Assembly: GCA_950087855.1 (NCBI GenBank)
Contig: CATNAD010000005.1
Coordinates: forward strand, 7,816 to 71,815
Reading direction: 5' to 3'
Length of the DNA: 64,000 bases
From: an uncultured Lachnospiraceae bacterium
GTDB lineage: Bacteria; Bacillota; Clostridia; Lachnospirales; Lachnospiraceae
A program made the translations under genes and the position numbers. Below the pieces are notes generated by a model. It did not search any database. It was not told the origin of the DNA and saw only the letters and a program-made list of their open reading frames with translations. Positions 36,566-45,426 of the stretch are shown piece after piece. The first letter of the stretch is position 1; every line of letters starts with the position of its first letter.

Positions 36566-36832
36566 ATGTCTGGAAAGATGAAGTCCATCCATGGGATTTA
36601 TAAAAAGCATGGCCGGGAAGCCTTTCTCGAAGCGGCGAAATGGTATTCGGGGAAGGTGAATCCCTTCAGTATCGACAAGACCATCGACGCCATGGAGTCT
36701 TCCTGGTACGACGAGGGAAAGGGGGTGACGGAGGCAGAGCAGATGGTAAAGGATTACAATCAGGGGCGGACGATCTTAAATGAAGGAAGAAGCCTGGAAG
36801 CGGAACAGATGGGAATGAATCTTACGATGTGA
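36566..36832 (+). CDS. Small hypothetical ICE protein
   Basis: 88 aa. The ATG at 36566 follows an AAAGGAGG RBS. No motif recognised. Confidence 0.45.
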   Translation: MSGKMKSIHGIYKKHGREAFLEAAKWYSGKVNPFSIDKTIDAMESSWYDEGKGVTEAEQMVKDYNQGRTILNEGRSLEAEQMGMNLTM

Positions 36833-36843
36833 GGAAAGGGAAA

Positions 36844-37089
36844 ATGAAGAAAGCGAATGTTACGGTTTCTTATGACGAGGAAAAGCTGGCGGCCCTGCGG
36901 CTCTATCTGGAGCAGAAGGGGCTCACGGTGGAGGGGGAGCTTCGGACAGCGGTGGAAGCCCTCTATACCAAAGCGGTTCCTGGGAATGTGCGGGAGTTTC
37001 TGGACCTGCGCCGGGGAGGCACTGCAGGGGAATCCGAACGGAGGAGAAGGCCGGCGGTTCAGGCTCCGGAAGGCTGTGAGGCTCCTTGA
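36844..37089 (+). CDS. Small hypothetical ICE protein
   Basis: 81 aa, MKKANVTVSYDEEKLAALRLYLEQKGLTVEGEL... Its stop overlaps the start of the amidoligase gene. Confidence 0.45.
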   Translation: MKKANVTVSYDEEKLAALRLYLEQKGLTVEGELRTAVEALYTKAVPGNVREFLDLRRGGTAGESERRRRPAVQAPEGCEAP

Positions 37090-38078
37090 GGACCCAGCGG
37101 TTCGGGATTGAGATTGAGATGACGGGGATTACGAGGGCTGCGGCTGCCCAGGTGGTTGCGGGTTATTTCCGGACGACGGCTGCCCATACGGGCGGGACCT
37201 ATGATACCTATGTGATCCGTGACGGGGAAAGGCGTCAGTGGAAAATCGTCAGTGATTCCTCGATCCGCTGCGAGGTGCGGAGGGGCCAGAGTGCGGGAAA
37301 GGAGTATGCCGTGGAGTTCGTCTCTCCCATCTGCCGCTATCCGGATATCGAGGTGGTTCAGGCGGTGGTCCGAAGACTTCGGACGGCGGGAGCCAGGGTG
37401 AATGATTCCTGCGGTATCCATGTCCATGTGGACGCTTCCCCTCACGACGCAAAGACCCTCCGCAACATCGCAAACCTCATGGCGGCCAAGGAGGACCTGC
37501 TCTACAAGGCCCTGCAGGTGAACGTGTGGCGGGAGAATTACTGCCAGAAGGCGGATCTGCGGTTTTTGGATGAACTGAACCAGAGGCGTCCGGAGTCCAT
37601 GGATATGCTGGAACACATTTGGTATAACGGCGAGAGCCGGAGTTATGAGCATTATAACGCTACCCGCTATCATGGACTGAACCTGCACAGTGTGTTCTCC
37701 AAGGGGACCATTGAGTTCCGCCTGTTCAATTCCACGCTCCATGCGGGGAAAATCAAAGCCTATATCCAGCTCTGCCTGGCCATCAGCCATCAGGCCCTCG
37801 TGCAAAGACGTGCGTCCAGGCAGAGGACGGAGAGTACCAATGAAAAGTATACCTTCCGCACCTGGCTTCTCAGGCTGGGGCTCAATGGGGAGGAATTTAA
37901 GACGGCCAGGCTGCACCTGTTAAAGCACTTGGACGGGAATATCGCATGGCGGGACCCGGCACAGGCCCAGGCGCAGAAAGAACGGCTGGCGGCAGCCCGG
38001 ACTGTCCGGGAGGAAACGGAAGGAGAGCTTATGGAAGCGGGAGAGGGAGAGAGCGCTCCCCTTTCCCTGCAGATGTGA
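37086..38078 (+). CDS. Amidoligase-family enzyme (glutamine-synthetase/GCS2-like COOH-NH2 ligase fold, Amidoligase_2-like)
   Basis: QRFGIEIEMTG...WKIVSDSSI...EFVSP...GIHVHVD...YHGLNLHS...GTIEFRLFNSTL fits the amidoligase_2 pattern. A TTG start is needed to include the conserved FGIEIE strand. Confidence 0.7.
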   Translation: MRTQRFGIEIEMTGITRAAAAQVVAGYFRTTAAHTGGTYDTYVIRDGERRQWKIVSDSSIRCEVRRGQSAGKEYAVEFVSPICRYPDIEVVQAVVRRLRTAGARVNDSCGIHVHVDASPHDAKTLRNIANLMAAKEDLLYKALQVNVWRENYCQKADLRFLDELNQRRPESMDMLEHIWYNGESRSYEHYNATRYHGLNLHSVFSKGTIEFRLFNSTLHAGKIKAYIQLCLAISHQALVQRRASRQRTESTNEKYTFRTWLLRLGLNGEEFKTARLHLLKHLDGNIAWRDPAQAQAQKERLAAARTVREETEGELMEAGEGESAPLSLQM

Positions 38079-38094
38079 AAGGACGGAATGAAAG

Positions 38095-38673
38095 ATGGAG
38101 AAGAAACTGTACGTTGCCTATGGCAGCAACTTAAATTTGAAGCAGATGGGAGAACGGTGCCCGGAGGCGAAATTTTATAGAGTGGGAATGATCCGGAACT
38201 ATGAACTGCAGTTTAAGGGAAGCCGGACATGTGCGTTTGCAACCATTGCGCCGAAGAAGGGGAGCTTTGTCCCGGCTGCGGTGTGGGAGGTCAGTCCGGG
38301 GGATGAGGCGTCCCTGGACCGGTATGAAGGCTACCCGCTCTTATATTCGAAAGAGAAAATTGCCGTGAAGGTGGACGGAGGGAGGGTGGAGGCGTTTGTC
38401 TATGTCATGAATCCGGAAATGGAATTTGGCCTGCCGTCTGGCCGGTACTACAATACAGTGCAGGAAGGCTACTATGACTGCGGCCTGGATCTTTCCATTC
38501 TTGACCGGGCAATCCGGGACAGTGCTGCTGCGTGCGGCCTTACCGTTCCCTGGTATCTTCGGTCTTCTGACGCCTCCTATGGGGAGTCAGAAGAAACGCT
38601 ACAGAGCGCGGAGGAACAAACGAAGGAAGAGATGGACGGTGGCCCCATGGACAGCTCCGGCCCGTCTCTGTGA
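38095..38673 (+). CDS. Gamma-glutamylcyclotransferase / AIG2-like family protein
   Basis: LYVAYGSNLNLKQM (the YGSN motif) and LDRYEGYPLLY, with E86 of YEGYP as the catalytic Glu candidate, are typical of the GGCT fold. Confidence 0.8.
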   Translation: MEKKLYVAYGSNLNLKQMGERCPEAKFYRVGMIRNYELQFKGSRTCAFATIAPKKGSFVPAAVWEVSPGDEASLDRYEGYPLLYSKEKIAVKVDGGRVEAFVYVMNPEMEFGLPSGRYYNTVQEGYYDCGLDLSILDRAIRDSAAACGLTVPWYLRSSDASYGESEETLQSAEEQTKEEMDGGPMDSSGPSL

Positions 38674-38682
38674 AAGGGCGGC

Positions 38683-39078
38683 ATGGCAGACCACAGGAAA
38701 AAGATGAAACGGGAGCTGGGAGACGGGTACCAGTTCTGCCGGTTTCTTCCGGAGAAGAGGATTCAGAAAGAACGGCGGCCCTTTCCCGGACCGCAGACGG
38801 TCGCCTCCCTGACCGTAGGCTGCGTCCGGATCGAAAGCCGCCTCTATCCGGAGAAGGGAAGCTTAACGCCTGTCTGGCATGTGTTCGTGAAGGATGATCC
38901 GGATTCCCCGGACTGGATTTTTTACGGAAGCCCGGAAGGACCCGCCAGCGGCAGGGAACGGGAGATGTTTAGGGTTCTGGACCGGATCGTGCAGAGGGAC
39001 CATCTCTCTTACACGGAGTGCTGCTTTGAGCGGCTGGAGGGATGTGCCGTGGGAGCCGGCCGGAGAGAAAAGAAATGA
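38683..39078 (+). CDS. Hypothetical protein
   Basis: 131-aa ORF directly following the GGCT gene. No motif recognised. Confidence 0.4.
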   Translation: MADHRKKMKRELGDGYQFCRFLPEKRIQKERRPFPGPQTVASLTVGCVRIESRLYPEKGSLTPVWHVFVKDDPDSPDWIFYGSPEGPASGREREMFRVLDRIVQRDHLSYTECCFERLEGCAVGAGRREKK

Positions 39079-39251
39079 CGCCCCTGTGAGGCCCGTGTCG
39101 CCCCGTGTACCGGCTTTTTCCGGAGGATGGGAGAACCAACCGGTGGAGAGCAGTTCTGGCCAGGTTCGGGCGATTTGGAAGCGGGGAAGCGGGGGTCGCA
39201 AAATCGAAAAGCAAACGGGATGCCACAGGGTCGAAAAGCAAGCAGGAGAAA

Positions 39252-39395
39252 GGGGCGGTGCCGCAGGCGGCCTCCGCCCCGGTTCACAGCGCCCGGCAGT
39301 GCCGGGCGCTTCAGGGCTTTCGGGACATTTTCAAGGAACCGACAGTCCGGTGCCGTGTCCGGGGGCTGTGGCTCCTGCCACGGTGCCTCGGTTCC
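39252..39395 (+). promoter_or_regulatory. Cluster of GC-rich hairpins; candidate oriT / relaxosome-binding region
   Basis: Three hairpins: GGGGCGG (39252-39258)/CCGCCCC (39274-39280), GCGCCCGGC (39289-39297)/GCCGGGCGC (39301-39309) and GGAACCG (39335-39341)/CGGTTCC (39389-39395). There is also a direct repeat TCGAAAAGCAA (39204-39214 and 39231-39241). The cluster lies just upstream of the RHH gene and relaxase. Confidence 0.3.
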
Positions 39396-39470
39396 CTGAA
39401 ACACCGATGTTTTAAAGAAATCTTCCGGTGCTTTGGCAGGCTCAGGATACCGACAAGGAGGGATTCATCC

Positions 39471-39908
39471 ATGCAGGATACAAAGCCAGAAAGAAAAGAG
39501 GTTAAGCGCCGGTTCCAGCTCTGGATTAAGCCGTCCACGCTGGAGCTGGCCGATACCCTATATGAAAAGGACAACTGCGACAGCCGGAGTGAATTCATTG
39601 AAAAGGCTGTCATTTTTTATGCAGGGTACCTCTCCGCAGAGAGCAACAAGGGCTATCTTCCGAATGTTGTCATCTCCACGCTGAAAAGCATTGTTGCGGA
39701 GAGTGACCACCGGCAGAACCGGATGCTATTCAAGCTGGCCGTGGAGATGGCGGTGATGATGAATGTGCTGGCGGCGAACAGTGACATTGATAAAATTTCA
39801 CTGGAGCGCTTGCGGGGAGAATGTGTCAGGGAGGTCAAACGGCTGAACGGCTCCTTTTGCTTTGACGACGCCATGGACTGGCAGAAAGGATGGGAAGGAA
39901 TGGGATAA
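39471..39908 (+). CDS. Ribbon-helix-helix protein (MobC/relaxosome-accessory-like)
   Basis: RFQLWIKPSTLELADTLYEKDNCDSRSEFIEKAVIFY is an RHH-like N-terminus. AAGGAGGGA RBS before the ATG at 39471. The ORF-track start at 39105 is a GC-rich extension. Confidence 0.6.
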   Translation: MQDTKPERKEVKRRFQLWIKPSTLELADTLYEKDNCDSRSEFIEKAVIFYAGYLSAESNKGYLPNVVISTLKSIVAESDHRQNRMLFKLAVEMAVMMNVLAANSDIDKISLERLRGECVREVKRLNGSFCFDDAMDWQKGWEGMG

Positions 39909-40045
39909 GGCAGGTGAAACGGCCGGGACAGGGAAGGATATGCAAAGCGATATTTTCATTTCGTGTAGGTCGTGATATAATCATACGGAATGAAATCAAA
40001 ATTTTTCTGGGGAAATTAAAGGGTCAGGCGAAGGGACGTGGATAA

Positions 40046-40975
40046 ATGTCGGAGTTACGGATTCATAGTCTGTCAGAATTTGTCAATGTGATTTGTGAGT
40101 TGGATGGCACTTTGTTTCGGAATGGCATAAATAAAAATGAGAGTTTGCTTTTCCGTGGACAGTCCGATACGCAGTTTAAGTTGCTTCCATCGCTTGGGAG
40201 GAATCGAAAGTTCGCCTGTGACATTTCCATTTTGGATGAAGAACGCAATCTGATTGAGATGGCCAGGTTTAAACTGCCCGAAGTTTTTCATAAGGAATTA
40301 GAGCCGCTGGAGCTGTTAGCATTACTACAGCACCACGGGATTCCGACTCGTCTTTTGGACGTTACAGAAAATGCGTTTGTAGCGTTGTACTTTGCCTGTT
40401 GTTCGGATGATGAAAAAGACGGAGAGGTATTTGCTTTCAAACATAACGAACAGAATGTGGTAAACTATCCGGTTGTCAATGCCATAGCAGACAGCTATCG
40501 CTTTGCCCGTGGTACCTTTTGCACACTTGATCTTTTTTATGGAGCTGTGATTACTCAGCCGTATTTCCTTGAACAAAAGCAGACACATGAGATTTGCCAT
40601 GAGACGAAGGAGTCCGGTGGAAGATGGATAGCAGAATGCTGTAGCAAAATATTTTTTGTATATGCTCCGGTGAGGAGTCTGCGCCAGCAGATGCAGCGTG
40701 GGAGGTACATTCTATTTCCCAATCGGATTGCGCCCTATGGAGATCCGGATATACCTTGTTTCCAAAAAGTTATTGATCCTATACCGAAGGATCATGAGAG
40801 CATTTGTGGGAGAATCACCGTCCCGAAAGAGTTGAAAGGGAATATTTTGAAAGAGCTGAGATTATTCGGAATCAGTAAAGAAACGCTATTTGCGGACAGC
40901 GTGGATGTTGTATGTGAGGAAATCACAAGTACATTCAGAAGAAAAGTGAAGGGAGAGATACCCTGGATAAAGTAG
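40046..40975 (+). CDS. FRG-domain protein
   Basis: LLFRGQSDTQFKLLPSLGR and LLALLQHHGIPTRLLDVTENAFVALYFA are hallmark FRG-domain motifs. The gene is lower in GC than its flanks. Confidence 0.8.
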   Translation: MSELRIHSLSEFVNVICELDGTLFRNGINKNESLLFRGQSDTQFKLLPSLGRNRKFACDISILDEERNLIEMARFKLPEVFHKELEPLELLALLQHHGIPTRLLDVTENAFVALYFACCSDDEKDGEVFAFKHNEQNVVNYPVVNAIADSYRFARGTFCTLDLFYGAVITQPYFLEQKQTHEICHETKESGGRWIAECCSKIFFVYAPVRSLRQQMQRGRYILFPNRIAPYGDPDIPCFQKVIDPIPKDHESICGRITVPKELKGNILKELRLFGISKETLFADSVDVVCEEITSTFRRKVKGEIPWIK

Positions 40976-41081
40976 TAATAGAAAATCAATTACTGCTGGA
41001 AGCTGGCAGTATAAATGGCAGGTGAATCATACAAAATGGTTCCCTGCTTTTTCTTTGCTCTGAACGGAAAGGAGGATTCTC

Positions 41082-43928
41082 ATGGCACGTCTGGTAACGA
41101 AGTTCAAATACCTGAAGCCGGATCAGGAAAAGCCCATCGGTGGATATGTCACCTACATTGCCACCCGTGAAGGAGTGGAAAAAATCGACGAGTCCTTCAG
41201 GATGGCTCCAGCCAGCAGAAAACAGAAAAAGCTCATTGAAAAAATCCTGCGGGATTTTCCGGACAGCAAAGGAATGCTGGAATATGAAGATTATAAAAGA
41301 GAAATGACGGTGGGAGCAGCCTCTGAGTTTATCATTCGTGCCATCGAGGACAACGCCTGTGAGATTCTGAATCAGAAAACCTATGCCGACTACATTGGCA
41401 CCCGAAAAGGTGTGGAACGGTTCGGCAGCCATGGTCTGTTCACAGACGACGGCGTGCAGGTCAGACTGAACGAGGTCTCACAGGAACTAAATACTCATGG
41501 AGGAAATGTGTGGACACTCATCGTCTCTCTGCGCCGGGAGGATGCGGAGCGCCTTGGGTTCAACAATGGTATCCGATGGCGGGATATGCTGCGGACACAG
41601 ACGGAGACGCTGGCCGACAGTTTAAAAATCCCTATGGAACACCTGCGCTGGTATGCGGCTTTCCACAATGAAAGCCACCATCCCCATGTTCATCTGCTGG
41701 CCTACTCTACTGTGGAGAACGAAGGCTTCCTCACGAAGCAGGGTGTCCATAAGGTGCGCTCTTCTCTGGCAAAGGATATTTTTTCACAGGATCTTCTATG
41801 CATGTATGAGAAACAGACTACCCATCGGGATGAACTGCGCCTTAAAAGCAGAGAATGGATTGCAAAGATTGTATCCAGCATAAATGCCGGAACCTATGAC
41901 AATCCCGAAATCGAAGAGCGGCTGTTACGTCTGGCTGAACGGCTATCCAGGACGAAGGGGAAGAAAGTGTATGGATACCTGAAAGCGGATGTGAAAGCCC
42001 TGATCGACTCCATTGTTGACACCCTGGCGGAGGATGAAAGAATCGCCGCTCTCTATCACCTGTGGTACGAACAGAGGGAGGCGGCCAGACGGGTTTACAC
42101 GGAGGCCCCGCTGGAGAGGGTGCCTCTTTCACGGAACAAGGAATTTAAGTCAATAAAGAATGCCATCATCCAGGAGGCTCTTGGCCTTCACGCCGACCAG
42201 GGAGAGATGGAAGATGGGGAACCGACCGACATATCGGAAAGGGAATTGCCAGAAGAATCGGAACTCATGTTATCCGGCCAGGAAGAACTGATGGAGACAG
42301 AGGTGCCGGAGGATTCCGCTTTTTCTTTCTCCGGAGGATGGAAAAAGAAGAAAGATACCTGGTGGACGGAAGAATATAAGAAAGCAAGGACTTTTCTTTA
42401 TGGCACCAAAGAGTCAAAACCTGACTTTGAAAAAGCCTACGCCGGCCTGGAGGAAGAAGCAGTCCGTGGAAACGGTTTCGCTATGTATGACCTTGGAAAA
42501 ATGTTCCTTTCCGGCCTTGGGTGTGAAAAGGCAGAACAGGCTGCACAGAAATGGTTTGCGGACGCTTATCGTGCTTTTATGGACAGAGAATCACGGGAAG
42601 AAGATCCTGGCTATCTGCAGTATCGGATTGGAAAGCTCTATTCGTTCGGACATGGCGTGGAACAAGATGATGGGAAAGCGGCCAAGTGGTATGAAAAATC
42701 TGTTGCAGAGAAGAATCCTTTTGCCGCCTATGCCCTTGGAAGTCTCTATTACCGGGGGCAGGGCGTGGAGCAGGATGAAGAAAAAGCGTTCCGGTTGTTT
42801 ACGATTGCGGCCAATGACAAAGATAAGCCAAACGCCTATGCCCAATATGAGCTTGGCCGGATGTGCAGAGATGGAATCGGAACGGCTCCGGACAAAGAGG
42901 TCTCAGAGGACTGGTACCGTAGGGCTTATCAGGGTTTCCTTTCCATTGAACAGAATATGGCAGATGATAAGCTCTATTATCGCCTGGGCCAGATGAATCT
43001 CACCGGTACGGGAACTGAAAAAAATTTGGAACTGGCCGGGACATATTTTGAAAAGGCCGCCGAACTGGACAATGCGGATGCCTTGTATGGGTTGGGAAAA
43101 CTATACTTGAACCGGGAGTTTACTGGACGAGATGGAAATCGTGCCGTGGAATTTCTCGTGGCGGCGGCAAAGAAAGACCATGATTATGCCATGTACCTGC
43201 TGGGAAAGTTATTTCTGGAAGGAAACGAGGTGCCGAAGAATCCGGGCTATGCGTTGCGATGGTTGGAAGAAGCGGCAGAAAAAGAAAATTCCCCTGCAGA
43301 GTGCCTTCTTGGGAAAACGTTGCTTTTGGGGAAAGAGATAGAGCAGAACATTCCTCGTGCCCTTTTCCTGCTGGAAAAATCCACTGCGAGAGGCAATACC
43401 GGCGCTGCCTATGTTCTCGGAAAAGTGCTGTTGGAGGGCGAGAGGTTTCCGCAGGATATTCCAAAGGCCATGGATCTGCTTACCTTTTCCGCAGAAAAAG
43501 GATGTTCTGCGGCACAGTATCTTCTTGGAAAGCTTTATCTGGCCGGGGAAGGAATTTCAAAAGATGTCAATGTCGCTCTGTACTGGTTTCAGAAGGCCGC
43601 AGAGCAGGGCCATTCTTTTGCAGGCTATCAACTTGGAAAATTATTTTTCTATGGCCGGGAGGTGGCGCAGGACATGGAAAAAGCGATTTCTTTTTTGACG
43701 GCTTCGGCCAGTCAGGGAAACGCTTATGCGGCGCAGCTACTTGCCAGGATCAGAAGCAACCGGAACTGGCCGGCGTCCCTCGGAAGCCTGCGCCTTTTGC
43801 TGTATTTGGCCAGAATATTGCAAAACCGCATTGAAAATGACCGCAGGGACGTGACTGGCGGCGTAGACTGGAAGCTCAGACATAAGATAGATGAGAAGAA
43901 ACAGGCCCATGGCTTAAAACAGGGCTGA
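41082..43928 (+). CDS. MobL/MOBP-type relaxase fused to a long Sel1-like repeat (SLR) array
   Basis: The N-terminus LVTKFKYLKPDQEKPIGGYVTYIATREGVEKI and the histidine cluster HNESHHPHVHLLAY mark the relaxase. The C-terminal ~500 aa carry more than 10 Sel1-type repeats (A.YDLGKMFLSGLGCEKAEQAAQKWF and similar). Confidence 0.85.
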   Translation: MARLVTKFKYLKPDQEKPIGGYVTYIATREGVEKIDESFRMAPASRKQKKLIEKILRDFPDSKGMLEYEDYKREMTVGAASEFIIRAIEDNACEILNQKTYADYIGTRKGVERFGSHGLFTDDGVQVRLNEVSQELNTHGGNVWTLIVSLRREDAERLGFNNGIRWRDMLRTQTETLADSLKIPMEHLRWYAAFHNESHHPHVHLLAYSTVENEGFLTKQGVHKVRSSLAKDIFSQDLLCMYEKQTTHRDELRLKSREWIAKIVSSINAGTYDNPEIEERLLRLAERLSRTKGKKVYGYLKADVKALIDSIVDTLAEDERIAALYHLWYEQREAARRVYTEAPLERVPLSRNKEFKSIKNAIIQEALGLHADQGEMEDGEPTDISERELPEESELMLSGQEELMETEVPEDSAFSFSGGWKKKKDTWWTEEYKKARTFLYGTKESKPDFEKAYAGLEEEAVRGNGFAMYDLGKMFLSGLGCEKAEQAAQKWFADAYRAFMDRESREEDPGYLQYRIGKLYSFGHGVEQDDGKAAKWYEKSVAEKNPFAAYALGSLYYRGQGVEQDEEKAFRLFTIAANDKDKPNAYAQYELGRMCRDGIGTAPDKEVSEDWYRRAYQGFLSIEQNMADDKLYYRLGQMNLTGTGTEKNLELAGTYFEKAAELDNADALYGLGKLYLNREFTGRDGNRAVEFLVAAAKKDHDYAMYLLGKLFLEGNEVPKNPGYALRWLEEAAEKENSPAECLLGKTLLLGKEIEQNIPRALFLLEKSTARGNTGAAYVLGKVLLEGERFPQDIPKAMDLLTFSAEKGCSAAQYLLGKLYLAGEGISKDVNVALYWFQKAAEQGHSFAGYQLGKLFFYGREVAQDMEKAISFLTASASQGNAYAAQLLARIRSNRNWPASLGSLRLLLYLARILQNRIENDRRDVTGGVDWKLRHKIDEKKQAHGLKQG

Positions 43929-43957
43929 AGAACGGGACTGAGAAGGGAGGATTTTAT

Positions 43958-45376
43958 TTGGCATTCATCCGATTTACCGAGGAACAGAAGGAACAGGCCA
44001 GATGTACGGATCTGGCTGCTTTCCTCAAAAGCCGTGGCGAAAAACTCAAACGTGCCGGTTTGGAACATGAATGGAATTACGGCGGGGAGAAAATCACCAT
44101 CCGGGGAAACCTGTGGTACAACCAATACAAGATGGAAGGGGGAGATATCATTGATTTTGTCCGGGATTTTTATAACCTGACTTTTTCAGAAGCCGTGGAA
44201 CTTTTGCTTTCCGAGCAGGGGATTTCTGTACTCCCGGAGCAGACCATACATCAGAAGGAGAAAAAACCGTTTGCACTGCCACAGGCAAATCCTGATATGC
44301 GGCGGGTGTATGCCTATCTTTTAAAGAGGCGGTTCCTTGACAGGGAGGTGGTGCAGTTTTTCACTCGTGCGGGTCTGCTCTATGAAGATCGGGAATTTCA
44401 CAATGCGGTTTTTGTGGGGCTGGACGAAAACGGCGTTCCCCGCCATGCCCACAAGAGGGGAACTTATTCTGAAAGTGGATACAAAGGAAATGTGGAGGGA
44501 AGCGAACCGGAATATAGCTTTCATCATATCGGAACCGGCAACCGGCTTTATGTTTTTGAAGCGCCGGTGGATATGCTGTCCTACATCTCCCTGTATAAAG
44601 CGAACTGGCGGGAACACAGTTATGTGGCCCTCTGCAGCGTGGCTCCCCATGGGGCGCTCCATATCCTGAAAACCAATCCGCATATTGATACGGTGATCAC
44701 CTGCCTCGATCATGACGGTGCCGGCATTGAGGGAAACCATCGAATCAAAGAGGCGGTTCTGGAGGCAGGAGACTATACCGTGACCTGGGAGCAGCCGGAG
44801 TTTAAGGATTGGAATGAAGGGCTGAAAAAAGAGCATGGATTAAAACCCATCATCGGCACAGAACATTCCGGTCTTGTGCGGATGCGGGAATTGTGCCGGG
44901 AACTGGTGTCTGGTTATTTCGGCGAAAGCTGTTCCCAATATCCCTTGGAGGATTTGCGGGAACGGTATGAGAGACTCCGAAGGCTCCCTGTAAATAAAAG
45001 AAAAGAGATTCAGACGCAGTCTCAGGAACTGGCCGGGGCTGCTTTTTTACTGGCCAGAAAGCAATTTGCTGCTCTGGAGAAATCCTATACGGCCCCGCAG
45101 TATGAAACAATCCTGCTGCGGCTCTATGCGCCCCACCACGATCATACCGGATACAAATCAAGGATGGCAGAAATCGGAGAACGGCTGGAACATCTGCAGA
45201 AAATGTTTCAGGCCAATGAGATTGTGCCGGAATCAAAACAGATGGAACAGATCAAAAATATTCTGTCTCTGGCCGTGGATGGTTTGCGCCTGTCCGTTTT
45301 TATGGAACAGCAGCAAAATCTGCCGCAAAGGAGGGAATCGTCAGGTCACACAGAGGGATTGGCGGCGGTTATGTGA
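43958..45376 (+). CDS. DUF3991/Toprim-domain protein (primase-like)
   Basis: The N-terminal domain (ITIRGNLWYNQY...GGDIIDFV) is followed by Toprim-like YVFEAPVDMLS and CLDHDGAG. TTG start with a GGGAGG RBS. Confidence 0.75.
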   Translation: MAFIRFTEEQKEQARCTDLAAFLKSRGEKLKRAGLEHEWNYGGEKITIRGNLWYNQYKMEGGDIIDFVRDFYNLTFSEAVELLLSEQGISVLPEQTIHQKEKKPFALPQANPDMRRVYAYLLKRRFLDREVVQFFTRAGLLYEDREFHNAVFVGLDENGVPRHAHKRGTYSESGYKGNVEGSEPEYSFHHIGTGNRLYVFEAPVDMLSYISLYKANWREHSYVALCSVAPHGALHILKTNPHIDTVITCLDHDGAGIEGNHRIKEAVLEAGDYTVTWEQPEFKDWNEGLKKEHGLKPIIGTEHSGLVRMRELCRELVSGYFGESCSQYPLEDLRERYERLRRLPVNKRKEIQTQSQELAGAAFLLARKQFAALEKSYTAPQYETILLRLYAPHHDHTGYKSRMAEIGERLEHLQKMFQANEIVPESKQMEQIKNILSLAVDGLRLSVFMEQQQNLPQRRESSGHTEGLAAVM

Positions 45377-45426
45377 GAAAGACAGAACCGTAGAACCGTG
45401 ACAGAGAAAAGAAAGGATGTTGCCTT

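Noticed and set aside
35420-37916. Minus-strand ORFs antisense to the VirB4 3-prime end, CHAP hydrolase and amidoligase (35420-36085, 35655-36476, 37059-37916).
   Set aside because: The plus-strand genes have clear catalytic motifs and are translationally coupled in one operon. The antisense ORFs lack RBSs and motifs.
39105-39470. N-terminal 122-codon extension of the RHH gene, plus overlapping ORFs 38894-39415, 39127-39399 and 39009-39404.
   Set aside because: The region is Arg/Gly/Ser/Pro-rich in all frames and full of GC hairpins. A strong RBS precedes the internal ATG at 39471. It is better interpreted as non-coding (candidate oriT).
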